Source of the DNA: Candidatus Nomurabacteria bacterium | Lineage (GTDB): Bacteria; Patescibacteriota; Minisyncoccia; Phycocordibacterales; UBA1006 | Assembly (NCBI GenBank): GCA_029882015.1 | Contig: JAOULM010000001.1 | Span: forward strand, 1 to 33,991 | DNA: 33,991 nt | Reading direction: 5' to 3' | In this document: positions 15,326 to 22,993 of the stretch, piece by piece | Layout: every line of letters starts with the position of its first letter | How positions within the stretch are numbered: the stretch's first letter is position 1 | Program-made: the position numbers and the translations under genes | The notes under the pieces: model-generated | The model's input: the letters and a program-made list of their open reading frames with translations, nothing else | Databases searched by the model: none | What the model was told of the DNA's origin: nothing

Positions 15326-16207
15326 ATGTCAAAAGATTACTACAAAACCCTGGGGGTAGATAAAGGCGCATCGGATGCTGAAATCAAAAAAGCATTCCAT
15401 AAACAAGCGCACAAATATCACCCAGATAAAAACGGCGGAGACGACAAAAAATTCAAGGAAGCCAACGAGGCTTACCAGACTTTGTCGAACAAACAAAAAC
15501 GCCAGCAATACGACCAATTCGGTTCAGACGGTCCCAATATGGGTGGCGGGGGGTTTGGTGGTGGTTTTGGTCAGGGTGCACAGTTTGATTTTGGTGGAGT
15601 CGACATGGATGATATCTTGCGTCAGTTTGGTTTTGGTGGCGGTGGATTCGGATTCGGTGGACAGCGCGTACCTCGCGGTCGTGATTTCCAGGTAACCGTA
15701 CAAATCGAATTCCGCGACATGGTATATGGAACAGAAAAAACAGTAGATGTGCCTGATATTATCGATGGAAATGACACAAATAAAAATCGTCAAATCAAAA
15801 TCAATATTCCAGCCGGAATTCAAAACGGACAAACCATGCGCATGGATGGTGCTGGCGAGAAATTGACGGGTGGCGAACCAGGAAACCTCTTTTTAAATAT
15901 TGTGGTTAACAAGCACAAAACATTCCACCGCGAGAGTATGCATTTGATTATGAATCATGATGTCAAAATAACCGAGGCTGTCCTAGGTGGGGAATTCGAT
16001 GTGGAAATGGTAGATGGCAAAAAATTGTCAGTCAAAATCCCAGCAGGTTTGGAATCAGGTCAGGTTCTGCGTGTCCGTGGCAAGGGAATCCAAGCCGGCA
16101 CATTCCACAATGGAGATCTATTAATCAAAACAAATATTTTAATACCAAAAAAACTATCCAAAAAAGCCAAAAAAGCTATCGAGGAGTTGAAAGAAGAAGG
16201 AATGTAA
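15326..16207 (+). CDS. dnaJ: J-domain co-chaperone, class B/CbpA-like (no Cys-rich zinc-finger domain)
   Basis: J domain DYYKTLGVDKGASDAEIKKAFHKQAHKYHPDKN, G/F-rich linker, C-terminal substrate-binding domains. The protein has no cysteine at all, so CxxCxGxG repeats are absent. Confidence 0.9.
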   Translation: MSKDYYKTLGVDKGASDAEIKKAFHKQAHKYHPDKNGGDDKKFKEANEAYQTLSNKQKRQQYDQFGSDGPNMGGGGFGGGFGQGAQFDFGGVDMDDILRQFGFGGGGFGFGGQRVPRGRDFQVTVQIEFRDMVYGTEKTVDVPDIIDGNDTNKNRQIKINIPAGIQNGQTMRMDGAGEKLTGGEPGNLFLNIVVNKHKTFHRESMHLIMNHDVKITEAVLGGEFDVEMVDGKKLSVKIPAGLESGQVLRVRGKGIQAGTFHNGDLLIKTNILIPKKLSKKAKKAIEELKEEGM

Positions 16208-16263
16208 AAATTTGACAAAAAGTACAATAATAAGTAATATAAAATAGAATAAAAAATTACATA

Positions 16264-16662
16264 ATGGATAATATAATTGATTTATTGCTCGTAGACGATG
16301 ACCAGGGAATACACGAAGTTGTAGAATTTATAGCCAGCGAAGCAGGTCTTAATGTAAAATATTTCTATAGTGGTTTAGAGGCTTTAGATTATTTAAAAAA
16401 TCTTGAGCCTGAAAAATTTCCAACGGCATATCTTATTGATATGAGGATTCCTGGAAGCACAGAAGAGCTTGCTTCTTCTATGTCGATATTTAAATTCTTG
16501 GAAGAAGTAAAAGCAGATATTTCTTTGTTTAGATTTTTTACTGGGAGTATTTCTGATCATGATAAAATGGTAATAAGCGAGACTGGTGCACAGGCTATGC
16601 TAAAAGAAAGAGAAGACTTTGATCCATTTATTGAAGAGATAAAGAAGGCTGTGGGTAAATGA
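16264..16662 (+). CDS. stand-alone response-regulator receiver (CheY-like) domain protein
   Basis: LLVDDDQG..., YLIDMRIPG (putative phospho-acceptor Asp), FFTGS. 132 aa with no output domain. Confidence 0.75.
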   Translation: MDNIIDLLLVDDDQGIHEVVEFIASEAGLNVKYFYSGLEALDYLKNLEPEKFPTAYLIDMRIPGSTEELASSMSIFKFLEEVKADISLFRFFTGSISDHDKMVISETGAQAMLKEREDFDPFIEEIKKAVGK

Positions 16663-16714
16663 AATTTTAAACATGAATATTCTATGATACTAACTCACGC
16701 CAATGTATATAATT

Positions 16715-16739
16715 GACCTCGCACTCGAGGTCTTTTTTT
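16715..16739 (+). terminator. rho-independent terminator after the receiver-domain gene (end of the grpE-dnaK-dnaJ-REC unit)
   Basis: GACCTCG-cact-CGAGGTC followed by T7. Confidence 0.75.
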
Positions 16740-16798
16740 ATTTCTAAAACAGCTAAATACGCAATAGAAGAATTGAAACAAGAAGGGACGTAAAAATG

Positions 16799-16827
16799 TG
16801 GAAAAGTTGTTAGGTTTCTGTTATACT
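16799..16827 (+). promoter_or_regulatory. promoter of the orf16841/DUF2335 pair (TGGAAA-17-TGtTATACT)
   Basis: Extended -10 with TG at 16819-16820 and TATACT at 16822-16827. ATG 13 nt downstream. Confidence 0.45.
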
Positions 16828-16840
16828 AAAATCACTACTT

Positions 16841-17071
16841 ATGGGAGATATCTATGTAAAAAACTATCTTTTTGCCGAACCTTCTATTTTTGAAGGGGTT
16901 GCTAGAATACTTGATTTTGGTAACAATATGAGTGTTTACAACAAATCATCATCGGATGATGTTGCCGATGAAAAAGCGATTTTTAATGACTGGGCAGCTA
17001 TTGGGGATGATTTTCGTTTTAGTATAGAAATGTATGAGCAAGAAAAAACAACAAACAATATCAAGGGGTAA
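16841..17071 (+). CDS. hypothetical small protein (76 aa)
   Basis: Extended -10 promoter 13 nt upstream. Overlaps the next gene by 38 nt. From memory, the motif PSIFEGVARILDFG...YN.S...AD..A...DW is seen in small proteins next to DUF2335 genes (unverified). Confidence 0.5.
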   Translation: MGDIYVKNYLFAEPSIFEGVARILDFGNNMSVYNKSSSDDVADEKAIFNDWAAIGDDFRFSIEMYEQEKTTNNIKG

Positions 17072-17480
17072 AAATAGTAATGGTCATGAAGTTGTTTCTA
17101 TTGAAAGAAGAGTTTTTTCCGGACCCCTACCTCATCCTGATATTTTAAAGGGTTTCGACGATATCGTACCTGGTGCTGCGGAGAGAATAATAAAGATGGC
17201 TGAAACTCAAATGACTCACAGAATTTCTATAGAGAGCAGGGTTATAAATGCAGATATTAAATCTTCAAAAAGAGGAGTTATTTTTGGTTTTATAATAGCA
17301 ATTTTGATGATCTCTGCGGGAGTTATTATTACTGTTGAGGGGGAACCAGTTGTTGGGGGAATTATTATGAGTACAACACTAGTTTCATTGGTTGGAGTCT
17401 TTGTTATCGGTTCAAGAGGACAATCAAAAGAGCGAGTTGAAAAAGAAAACAAAATTCAAGATAGAATTAATCTAGATTAA
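17034..17480 (+). CDS. DUF2335-family membrane protein
   Basis: SGPLPHPDILKGFDDIVPGAAERIIKMAETQMTHR followed by two TM segments, which is the pattern I associate with DUF2335. Confidence 0.65.
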   Translation: MSKKKQQTISRGKNSNGHEVVSIERRVFSGPLPHPDILKGFDDIVPGAAERIIKMAETQMTHRISIESRVINADIKSSKRGVIFGFIIAILMISAGVIITVEGEPVVGGIIMSTTLVSLVGVFVIGSRGQSKERVEKENKIQDRINLD

Positions 17481-17490
17481 AATACCCTAA

Positions 17491-17525
17491 TAAATGAATG
17501 GCTCACGCAGTGAGCCATTCATTTA
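17491..17525. terminator. 16-bp hairpin between convergent DUF2335 and cysS genes
   Basis: TAAATGAATGGCTCAC-gca-GTGAGCCATTCATTTA. Shares the GAATGGCTCA/TGAGCCATTC core with 20280-20307. Confidence 0.7.
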
Positions 17526-18923
17526 TTAATTCTTGCTGATTTCTTGTCCATCTGCTGTGTCTTTGACATTGTAACCCAGGTCTGTGATTTTGTCTCGTAA
17601 TTCATCAGACAGTTGCCAGTTTTTGTCGGCGCGAGCGGACTCTCGTTGTTTCAATAAATATTCTACATCAAACGGAATGTCACTTGAATTTGATTTTTTA
17701 GTGGTTGCTTGTTCTAGTTTTAATCCCAAGACACGGTCAAAATCTATCAAGGTTTTGTATCTGATGGCGGGGGGCAGTGTGCTGTCTTTGGCGACAGTCC
17801 ATGCCGTGGCCAGTGCCTCGGAGGTATTCATATCATCGTTAATCGCGGTCAAGAATCGCAAGAATGATGGTTGGTCAATATCAGCACGTAGCCGGCTCCA
17901 CCATGATGATGCACTGCGTAGGTCTGCGATTTTGGCGCGTAGTTTTTTCAGGGCTGTCTCTGATGCGTTCAGCGATTCCCATGTGAAATTAATTTGTGTT
18001 CGATAATGACCTTGTAACAAAAAATATCGGTACGCCATTGGGTCATGACCGCGGTCAATAATATCTCGCAAGGTATAAAAATTATCCATGGATTTTGACA
18101 TTTTTTTCCCGTCAACCATCAGGTGTTCGTTGTGTAGCCAATAATCTGCGAATGGTTCACCGCCAGAACATACAACGCATTGTGCGATTTCGTTTTCGTG
18201 ATGAGGGAATTTCAAATCAATTCCACCTGTGTGAATGTCAAAATGTTTACCCAGATATGACGTAGCCATAGCTGAACATTCGATATGCCACCCTGGACGT
18301 CCGCGTCCCCACGGTGAATCCCAGCTAGCGTCGCCGTCTGACGAATCGTATGCTTTCCATAATGCAAAGTCCTGCGCGTTGTCTTTGTCATATTCATCCG
18401 CACTGTTTACTCCGCGTGTGTCATTTTGTAATACAGCTTTGTCTATTCCTGACAGCTCTCCGTATTTTTCATATTTTGAAATATCATAATATACGCTTTT
18501 GTCATCCGAAATATAAGCGTATCCACCATCAATTAAATCTTGGATCATGGTTATCATCTGGTCAACATGTTCGGTGGCACGTGGGTATCGATCGGCATGG
18601 ATAATATTTATTGAATCCAAGTCTTTGAAAAACTCGTGGGTATATTTTTTTGTAAAATCATTCAGGCTCATTCCTGATGCATTAGAATCACGGATAGTTT
18701 TGTCATCCACATCAGTGATGTTCATTACGTGATATACATTAAATCCATTGTACTGCAAGACTCGTTTTGTAATATCGGCAAACATAAATGCACGTAAATT
18801 TCCAATATGCATATAGTTGTACACCGTCGGCCCACATGAATAGACCCCGACCTGCTTTCGTTTGATGGGAGCAAAGGGTTGAATGGTATTGCTGAGCGAA
18901 TTGTAGAGTTTCAAATTTTCCAT
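17526..18923 (-). CDS. cysS: cysteinyl-tRNA synthetase
   Basis: CGPTVYNYMHIGNLRAF (HIGH), GWHIECSAM, KMSKSMDNF (KMSKS). Confidence 0.95.
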   Translation of the reverse strand: MENLKLYNSLSNTIQPFAPIKRKQVGVYSCGPTVYNYMHIGNLRAFMFADITKRVLQYNGFNVYHVMNITDVDDKTIRDSNASGMSLNDFTKKYTHEFFKDLDSINIIHADRYPRATEHVDQMITMIQDLIDGGYAYISDDKSVYYDISKYEKYGELSGIDKAVLQNDTRGVNSADEYDKDNAQDFALWKAYDSSDGDASWDSPWGRGRPGWHIECSAMATSYLGKHFDIHTGGIDLKFPHHENEIAQCVVCSGGEPFADYWLHNEHLMVDGKKMSKSMDNFYTLRDIIDRGHDPMAYRYFLLQGHYRTQINFTWESLNASETALKKLRAKIADLRSASSWWSRLRADIDQPSFLRFLTAINDDMNTSEALATAWTVAKDSTLPPAIRYKTLIDFDRVLGLKLEQATTKKSNSSDIPFDVEYLLKQRESARADKNWQLSDELRDKITDLGYNVKDTADGQEISKN

Positions 18924-18929
18924 ACAAAA

Positions 18930-19838
18930 TTACAGCCATTTTTTGAACCAGAAAACAGCCAACATAATACTGGATGTCAAAACCATGGCTCCAACAATAA
19001 AGTAAAAACTATTGGTTGATGATACAAACGGCATGACCGTGTTCATTCCAAAAATACCTGCAATCAATGACAGCGGAAATGTAACAAACGACATGATGGT
19101 CAATCGACGAATAGTGTCGTTGTTTTTTGTGGTCAACATCGAATCGTTGGTTTTGCGTAATTCTTCCAGGGTTTCTCGGTGGCTTTCCAGGATGCTGTAT
19201 ACCCGCGAGAAGTCTCCAGTGATTGACCGCAGGTAAAATCCAAATCGGTCCCCGAAAAATTCACGCCCTGCAGATTCCAATGATTGGGTGACCTTGTCGT
19301 GGAAACGTAGCGCTCGTTTGAATTCCAATAAGACACGGTTTGTTTTTGAAATCTCGTTGACCATTTCGCTTTCGTTTCCACCAAATGTTCCAATCTCGAT
19401 AGCGTTCAAGTTTCCGGTCATGTCGTCCATTTCATCTGCCAGTTTATCGTACAGGGTGCGCAGCATGTGGTACAGTACAAATCCAGAGTGGTCACCCATA
19501 TGGTGTTTGTCTAAAATGCTGTTGACTTCGAAGACACGTGAAAAATCATGCAACGCATCAATGGTGTCATAGTGCACGGTGATGATGGCGTCTTTGGTGA
19601 TGACAAAATCAATTTCGTGTACGGCATGACGGTCCCCAGATTTATGGGTAGGGAAATGCAGGATTAAATATAAAGAGTTTGGATAGACATCAACACGCGG
19701 ACGAACCGTCGGAGAGATCAATTCTTCGGCAACGAGCGGGTGTAGATGGTGTTGCTCCATCAAGTTTACGATTTCTTCGCGAGTTGGATTTTCCAGATCA
19801 ATCCAAGTGACTTTGTCGTGGGTATAGGTGTTTTGCAT
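18930..19838 (-). CDS. corA: CorA-family magnesium/cobalt transporter
   Basis: Two C-terminal TM segments with FGMNTVMPF (GMN motif). N-terminal cytoplasmic domain of typical length. Confidence 0.85.
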   Translation of the reverse strand: MQNTYTHDKVTWIDLENPTREEIVNLMEQHHLHPLVAEELISPTVRPRVDVYPNSLYLILHFPTHKSGDRHAVHEIDFVITKDAIITVHYDTIDALHDFSRVFEVNSILDKHHMGDHSGFVLYHMLRTLYDKLADEMDDMTGNLNAIEIGTFGGNESEMVNEISKTNRVLLEFKRALRFHDKVTQSLESAGREFFGDRFGFYLRSITGDFSRVYSILESHRETLEELRKTNDSMLTTKNNDTIRRLTIMSFVTFPLSLIAGIFGMNTVMPFVSSTNSFYFIVGAMVLTSSIMLAVFWFKKWL

Positions 19839-19887
19839 AGGCTTATTATAGCTTATTTTATAAAAAGGATAGATGTGGGCAAAACCC

Positions 19888-19916
19888 TTGCATTTTTTAT
19901 CAAAATAGGGTAATAT
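19888..19916 (+). promoter_or_regulatory. promoter of rplU (TTGCAT-17-TAATAT); ATG 11 nt after the -10
   Basis: Hexamers at 19888-19893 and 19911-19916. Confidence 0.55.
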
Positions 19917-19927
19917 GCTCGCTATCT

Positions 19928-20263
19928 ATGGAAACAAAAACCCCTACAGAATTTGCAATTATCGAGACCGGCGGAAAACAATACCGTGTGGCTGTTGGTG
20001 ATGTCATCAATATCGAGAAATTGGACGGTGAAATGACAGCCGGCGACAAGGTAACATTCGACAAGGTTCTATTGGTGGAAAACGCAGGCAAGACCAAAAT
20101 TGGTTCACCATACGTTGATGGAGCCAAAGTCCAAGCAATCTTCGAAGAACAGGGAAAAGCAAAGAAAATCAACATCATTAAATTCAAATCAAAATCACGA
20201 TATTTTATAAAAAACGGACATCGACAACCTTATACTCAGGTCAAGATCAGCTCGATTCAATAA
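19928..20263 (+). CDS. rplU: 50S ribosomal protein L21
   Basis: FAIIETGGKQYRVAVGDVINIEKL...KINIIKFKSKSRYFIKNGHRQPYTQVKI. Not followed by rpmA; a terminator follows instead. Confidence 0.9.
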   Translation: METKTPTEFAIIETGGKQYRVAVGDVINIEKLDGEMTAGDKVTFDKVLLVENAGKTKIGSPYVDGAKVQAIFEEQGKAKKINIIKFKSKSRYFIKNGHRQPYTQVKISSIQ

Positions 20264-20279
20264 ACGCAAACTATAAAAA

Positions 20280-20313
20280 ACGAATGGCTCACACATGAGC
20301 CATTCGTTTTTTA
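20280..20313. terminator. bidirectional terminator after rplU
   Basis: A6-ACGAATGGCTCA-caca-TGAGCCATTCGT-T6. Confidence 0.75.
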
Positions 20314-20314
20314 T

Positions 20315-20343
20315 TTGACAGGCCAAAAGAATAGGCATAATAT
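20315..20343 (+). promoter_or_regulatory. promoter of membrane orf 20368 (TTGACA-17-TAATAT)
   Basis: Hexamers at 20315-20320 and 20338-20343. Confidence 0.5.
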
Positions 20344-20367
20344 AATATTAAATAAAAATTAAATATT

Positions 20368-20772
20368 ATGGGAATTATATATATAACAATAGTTTTCTTG
20401 CTTGCAGGCTTTATGTCTGTGTTTGTTTTGATTTTATCGCTGGCTGGTGCAATAGAAAATATTAATATATTTTGCGCCAGTATTTTGGCATTTTTGTTTT
20501 TTTACATTTCCTTCTTTTTTTACTCTAAAAATAGAAAAAGAGTTTCAGCTCTTGATATCGAGATAGATGTATTGCTGGAGGATCGTTTAGAAAAAGTTAT
20601 ACATTGTGGTCCTTTTTTGGGAACTCTTGTATGTATAACAGGTGTTATGCATCTTTATTTATACCAGATTCAGTTCGATTTCTGGGGAGTAATTTTATTT
20701 CTTGTGCTGACGTTGTCTTGGTTGTTTATTTATAAAAAAATAACCAATAAAATTATTCACAAATACTGGTAA
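20368..20772 (+). CDS. hypothetical integral membrane protein (about 4 TM), very AT-rich
   Basis: Own TTGACA-17-TAATAT promoter (20315-20343). Hydrophobic segments. No motif recognised. Confidence 0.5.
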   Translation: MGIIYITIVFLLAGFMSVFVLILSLAGAIENINIFCASILAFLFFYISFFFYSKNRKRVSALDIEIDVLLEDRLEKVIHCGPFLGTLVCITGVMHLYLYQIQFDFWGVILFLVLTLSWLFIYKKITNKIIHKYW

Positions 20773-20780
20773 CCTGAAAA

Positions 20781-21392
20781 CTATTTCCGGGATCCAAGTG
20801 CAGATTTCAGTGTATCAGGGTCGGAATATTCCAGCTCGGTTCCGGTTGATAGACCGCGACCCAGAGTCGAAATTTTAATAGTGAACCGATCAGCTAGCTG
20901 AGCGGTTTTTTGTTGGATGGCTCTAGCGGTGTGGTCACCCTCGGGGTTGGCAGACAAACCAATAATTATTTCAGACAGTTCTCGTCCTTCGTTTTCGATA
21001 CGTTCCAATAATTCATTTATACGTACAAATGAATTAGATTTGGTTTCCAGTGTGGGAATAAGTCCTCCTAGAACAAAATAGACACCGTGATAGCTGCCGG
21101 ATTTTTCAACGGATTCAACATCGACATCTTTTTCTACGATCATAATTGTGCTGTGGTCACGCGAACTGTCTCGTTCGATGGGGGACAGAACCTCGTCGCC
21201 CGCTGATTCAAAATATTGAAAACTTTTGACACATTGACGAACGCTGGCGCGCACACCATTGATGCCGGTTACTAGACGGCGGACATAGTCGGGATGACTA
21301 CGCAATAAAAAATAAACAAATCGTTTTGCTTGACGTCGCCCGATACCGGGGAATTTTCTGAATAATTCTGCTAGGTCATCAATAGGTTGCAT
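20781..21392 (-). CDS. recR: recombination protein RecR (zinc-finger cysteines degenerate)
   Basis: HhH FPGIGRRQAKRFVYFLL, Toprim region IMIVEKDVDVESVEKSGSYHGVYFVLGG, C-terminal LGRGLSTGTELEYSD. Only one Cys remains where a C4 finger is expected. Confidence 0.85.
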   Translation of the reverse strand: MQPIDDLAELFRKFPGIGRRQAKRFVYFLLRSHPDYVRRLVTGINGVRASVRQCVKSFQYFESAGDEVLSPIERDSSRDHSTIMIVEKDVDVESVEKSGSYHGVYFVLGGLIPTLETKSNSFVRINELLERIENEGRELSEIIIGLSANPEGDHTARAIQQKTAQLADRFTIKISTLGRGLSTGTELEYSDPDTLKSALGSRK

Positions 21393-21419
21393 AAAAGGGA
21401 TTATATCATGTAGGAGGAA

Positions 21420-22865
21420 TTAGAATCCATCAACCATGTCTGCATCTGAGCTGGCGCCCATGCTAAAGTCATTAAAATCATTTTTTTCCAAGTCGCTAAA
21501 CGATGTTTTATCTCCATCGAAATACAACTCGACGTCACCCACGGCTCCGTTACGGTGTTTGGCGATAACGATGTCGGCGACACCTGGTCGGTCGGTGTCT
21601 GGGTTTACACGCTCCTCGCGGTGTACGAACATAACCACATCGGCATCTTGCTCTAGGGCCCCTGAATCACGCAGGTCAGACAGTCGTGGTTTCCCCCCAC
21701 GGGCCTCGACGGCACGCGAGAGCTGTGACAATGCCAATATGGGTACATCCAGCTCACGAGCAAGCCCCTTGATAGACCTGGAGATTTCGGATACCTGATT
21801 CACCATAGAATCATAGTTTTTTGTTGGGTGCATCAACTGCAAGTAGTCAATAATCAATAACCCTAAACCATGCTCGGCTTTCAGACGACGCGCAGTTGAT
21901 CGCATACGTAGAACATTGTTTCCTGGTTGATCATCGATAAAAATTGGTGCAGATGACATAGTGCTCATGGCGTCTTGGATTTTCAAAAAATCGTCTTCTT
22001 TTAATCCTGTACCTGTTCGCATTTTCCATGCGTCGACGCCGGCCTGGGCCGATAACATTCGGTCAACCAATGATCCGGCGCTCATCTCCAGAGAGAAAAA
22101 TCCAACAGGAATATTATGTTCGACAGATGCCTTGCGGGCAATATCCAGCGCAAACGCTGTCTTACCCATGGATGGTCGTCCCGCCAACAAGATCATGTCA
22201 GATTTTTGCAAACCAGATAACATCTTGTCGATGTCTTTGAATCCTGTGGGTACTCCGCGCAGTCCTTCTTTGGCTTCGTGTAATTTTTCTATGCGGTCCC
22301 ACGCCTCGGGTAACAATGTTTTGATACCGATAAATCTGTCTGTGTGATGGGCTGCAGCGGTAACCGCAAAGACTGCTTTTTCTGCGGTATCCAAAACCAT
22401 TTCAATATCATCTTTTTCGTTGAACCCTAGCTCGGTCAACAGGTCACCCGTGTTGATCAGCTCACGCAACAGATGTTTCCGAGAAACAACACCAGCATAA
22501 TGGTTTACGTTTGTGGATGTTGGAACAGATGCACTAATATCTGCCAAATACGAAACACCGCCAATCATATCCAAATGATTTTTCTCGCGTAGTCGGTTGG
22601 ATACCGATACGGTGTCGATGGGTTCTCCTTTGTTGCTCAGCTCGACCATGGTTTGGAAAATCATTCGATGTTTTTCTGCATAAAAAGAATCCTCGGAAAC
22701 AATATCCAGGATATCATTCAATGCTACAGGCCGTAGCATAATAGAACCCAACAGAGCCTTTTCCGAGTTCAAATCCTGTGGTGGCACACGCAAAGGCGAC
22801 ATCGTTGATTTTTGCGCCTGACTATCATGTGATTGATTTTGGTTGTTGTATGGTTGCTTGGACAT
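21420..22865 (-). CDS. dnaB: replicative DNA helicase DnaB
   Basis: PPQDLNSEKALLGSIMLRP, Walker A LAGRPSMGKTAFALD, LLIIDYLQLM, LSQLSRAVE. Start set at MSKQ (22865) because an extended -10 (TGcTACAAT, 22874-22882) lies 8 nt upstream. The ORF track start at 22883 is an alternative. Confidence 0.93.
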   Translation of the reverse strand: MSKQPYNNQNQSHDSQAQKSTMSPLRVPPQDLNSEKALLGSIMLRPVALNDILDIVSEDSFYAEKHRMIFQTMVELSNKGEPIDTVSVSNRLREKNHLDMIGGVSYLADISASVPTSTNVNHYAGVVSRKHLLRELINTGDLLTELGFNEKDDIEMVLDTAEKAVFAVTAAAHHTDRFIGIKTLLPEAWDRIEKLHEAKEGLRGVPTGFKDIDKMLSGLQKSDMILLAGRPSMGKTAFALDIARKASVEHNIPVGFFSLEMSAGSLVDRMLSAQAGVDAWKMRTGTGLKEDDFLKIQDAMSTMSSAPIFIDDQPGNNVLRMRSTARRLKAEHGLGLLIIDYLQLMHPTKNYDSMVNQVSEISRSIKGLARELDVPILALSQLSRAVEARGGKPRLSDLRDSGALEQDADVVMFVHREERVNPDTDRPGVADIVIAKHRNGAVGDVELYFDGDKTSFSDLEKNDFNDFSMGASSDADMVDGF

Positions 22866-22873
22866 GTAAATTG

Positions 22874-22882
22874 ATTGTAGCA
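22874..22882 (-). promoter_or_regulatory. extended -10 promoter of dnaB (TGcTACAAT on minus strand); ATG 22865 is 8 nt downstream
   Basis: Plus-strand attgtagca at 22874-22882. Confidence 0.45.
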
Positions 22883-22883
22883 C

Positions 22884-22923
22884 GCTAGGTTTTATTGGTT
22901 TTTAAAAAACCAATAAAACCTAG
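22884..22923. promoter_or_regulatory. perfect 40-bp palindrome (20+20, no spacer) immediately upstream of the dnaB -10 element
   Basis: gctaggttttattggttttt / aaaaaccaataaaacctagc, read directly from the sequence. Confidence 0.7.
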
Positions 22924-22958
22924 CTGGGGATTGTGTGGATAGAGACTTTTTAAAAGAC

Positions 22959-22987
22959 TTGACAAATCTATCTAAACATGCTATACT
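22959..22987 (+). promoter_or_regulatory. near-consensus promoter of RNA1 (TTGACA-17-TATACT)
   Basis: Hexamers at 22959-22964 and 22982-22987. Confidence 0.6.
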
Positions 22988-22993
22988 CATTTT

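Noticed and set aside
15288-15326. Hairpin CCCCTCCTC/GAGGAGGGG as an RNA thermometer masking the dnaJ Shine-Dalgarno
   Set aside because: A perfect 9-bp GC-rich stem is too stable for the melting behaviour of known thermometers. The SD-like arm also ends 17 nt from the ATG, which is outside functional SD spacing. It is more simply another variant of the GC-rich repeat family.
21401-21583. 60-aa ORF bridging the dnaB-recR junction, and the other small ORF-track entries overlapping annotated genes (for example 551-733, 2514-2753, 13050-13277, 22028-22240)
   Set aside because: These are out-of-frame overlaps with strongly supported genes. They have no independent signals.
22934-22942. DnaA-box-like TGTGGATAG next to dnaB as evidence for oriC in this spacer
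   Set aside because: It is a single 8/9 match. I found no cluster of further boxes, no AT-rich 13-mer-like unwinding repeats and no dnaA or dnaN nearby. It is mentioned only as context for the palindrome finding.
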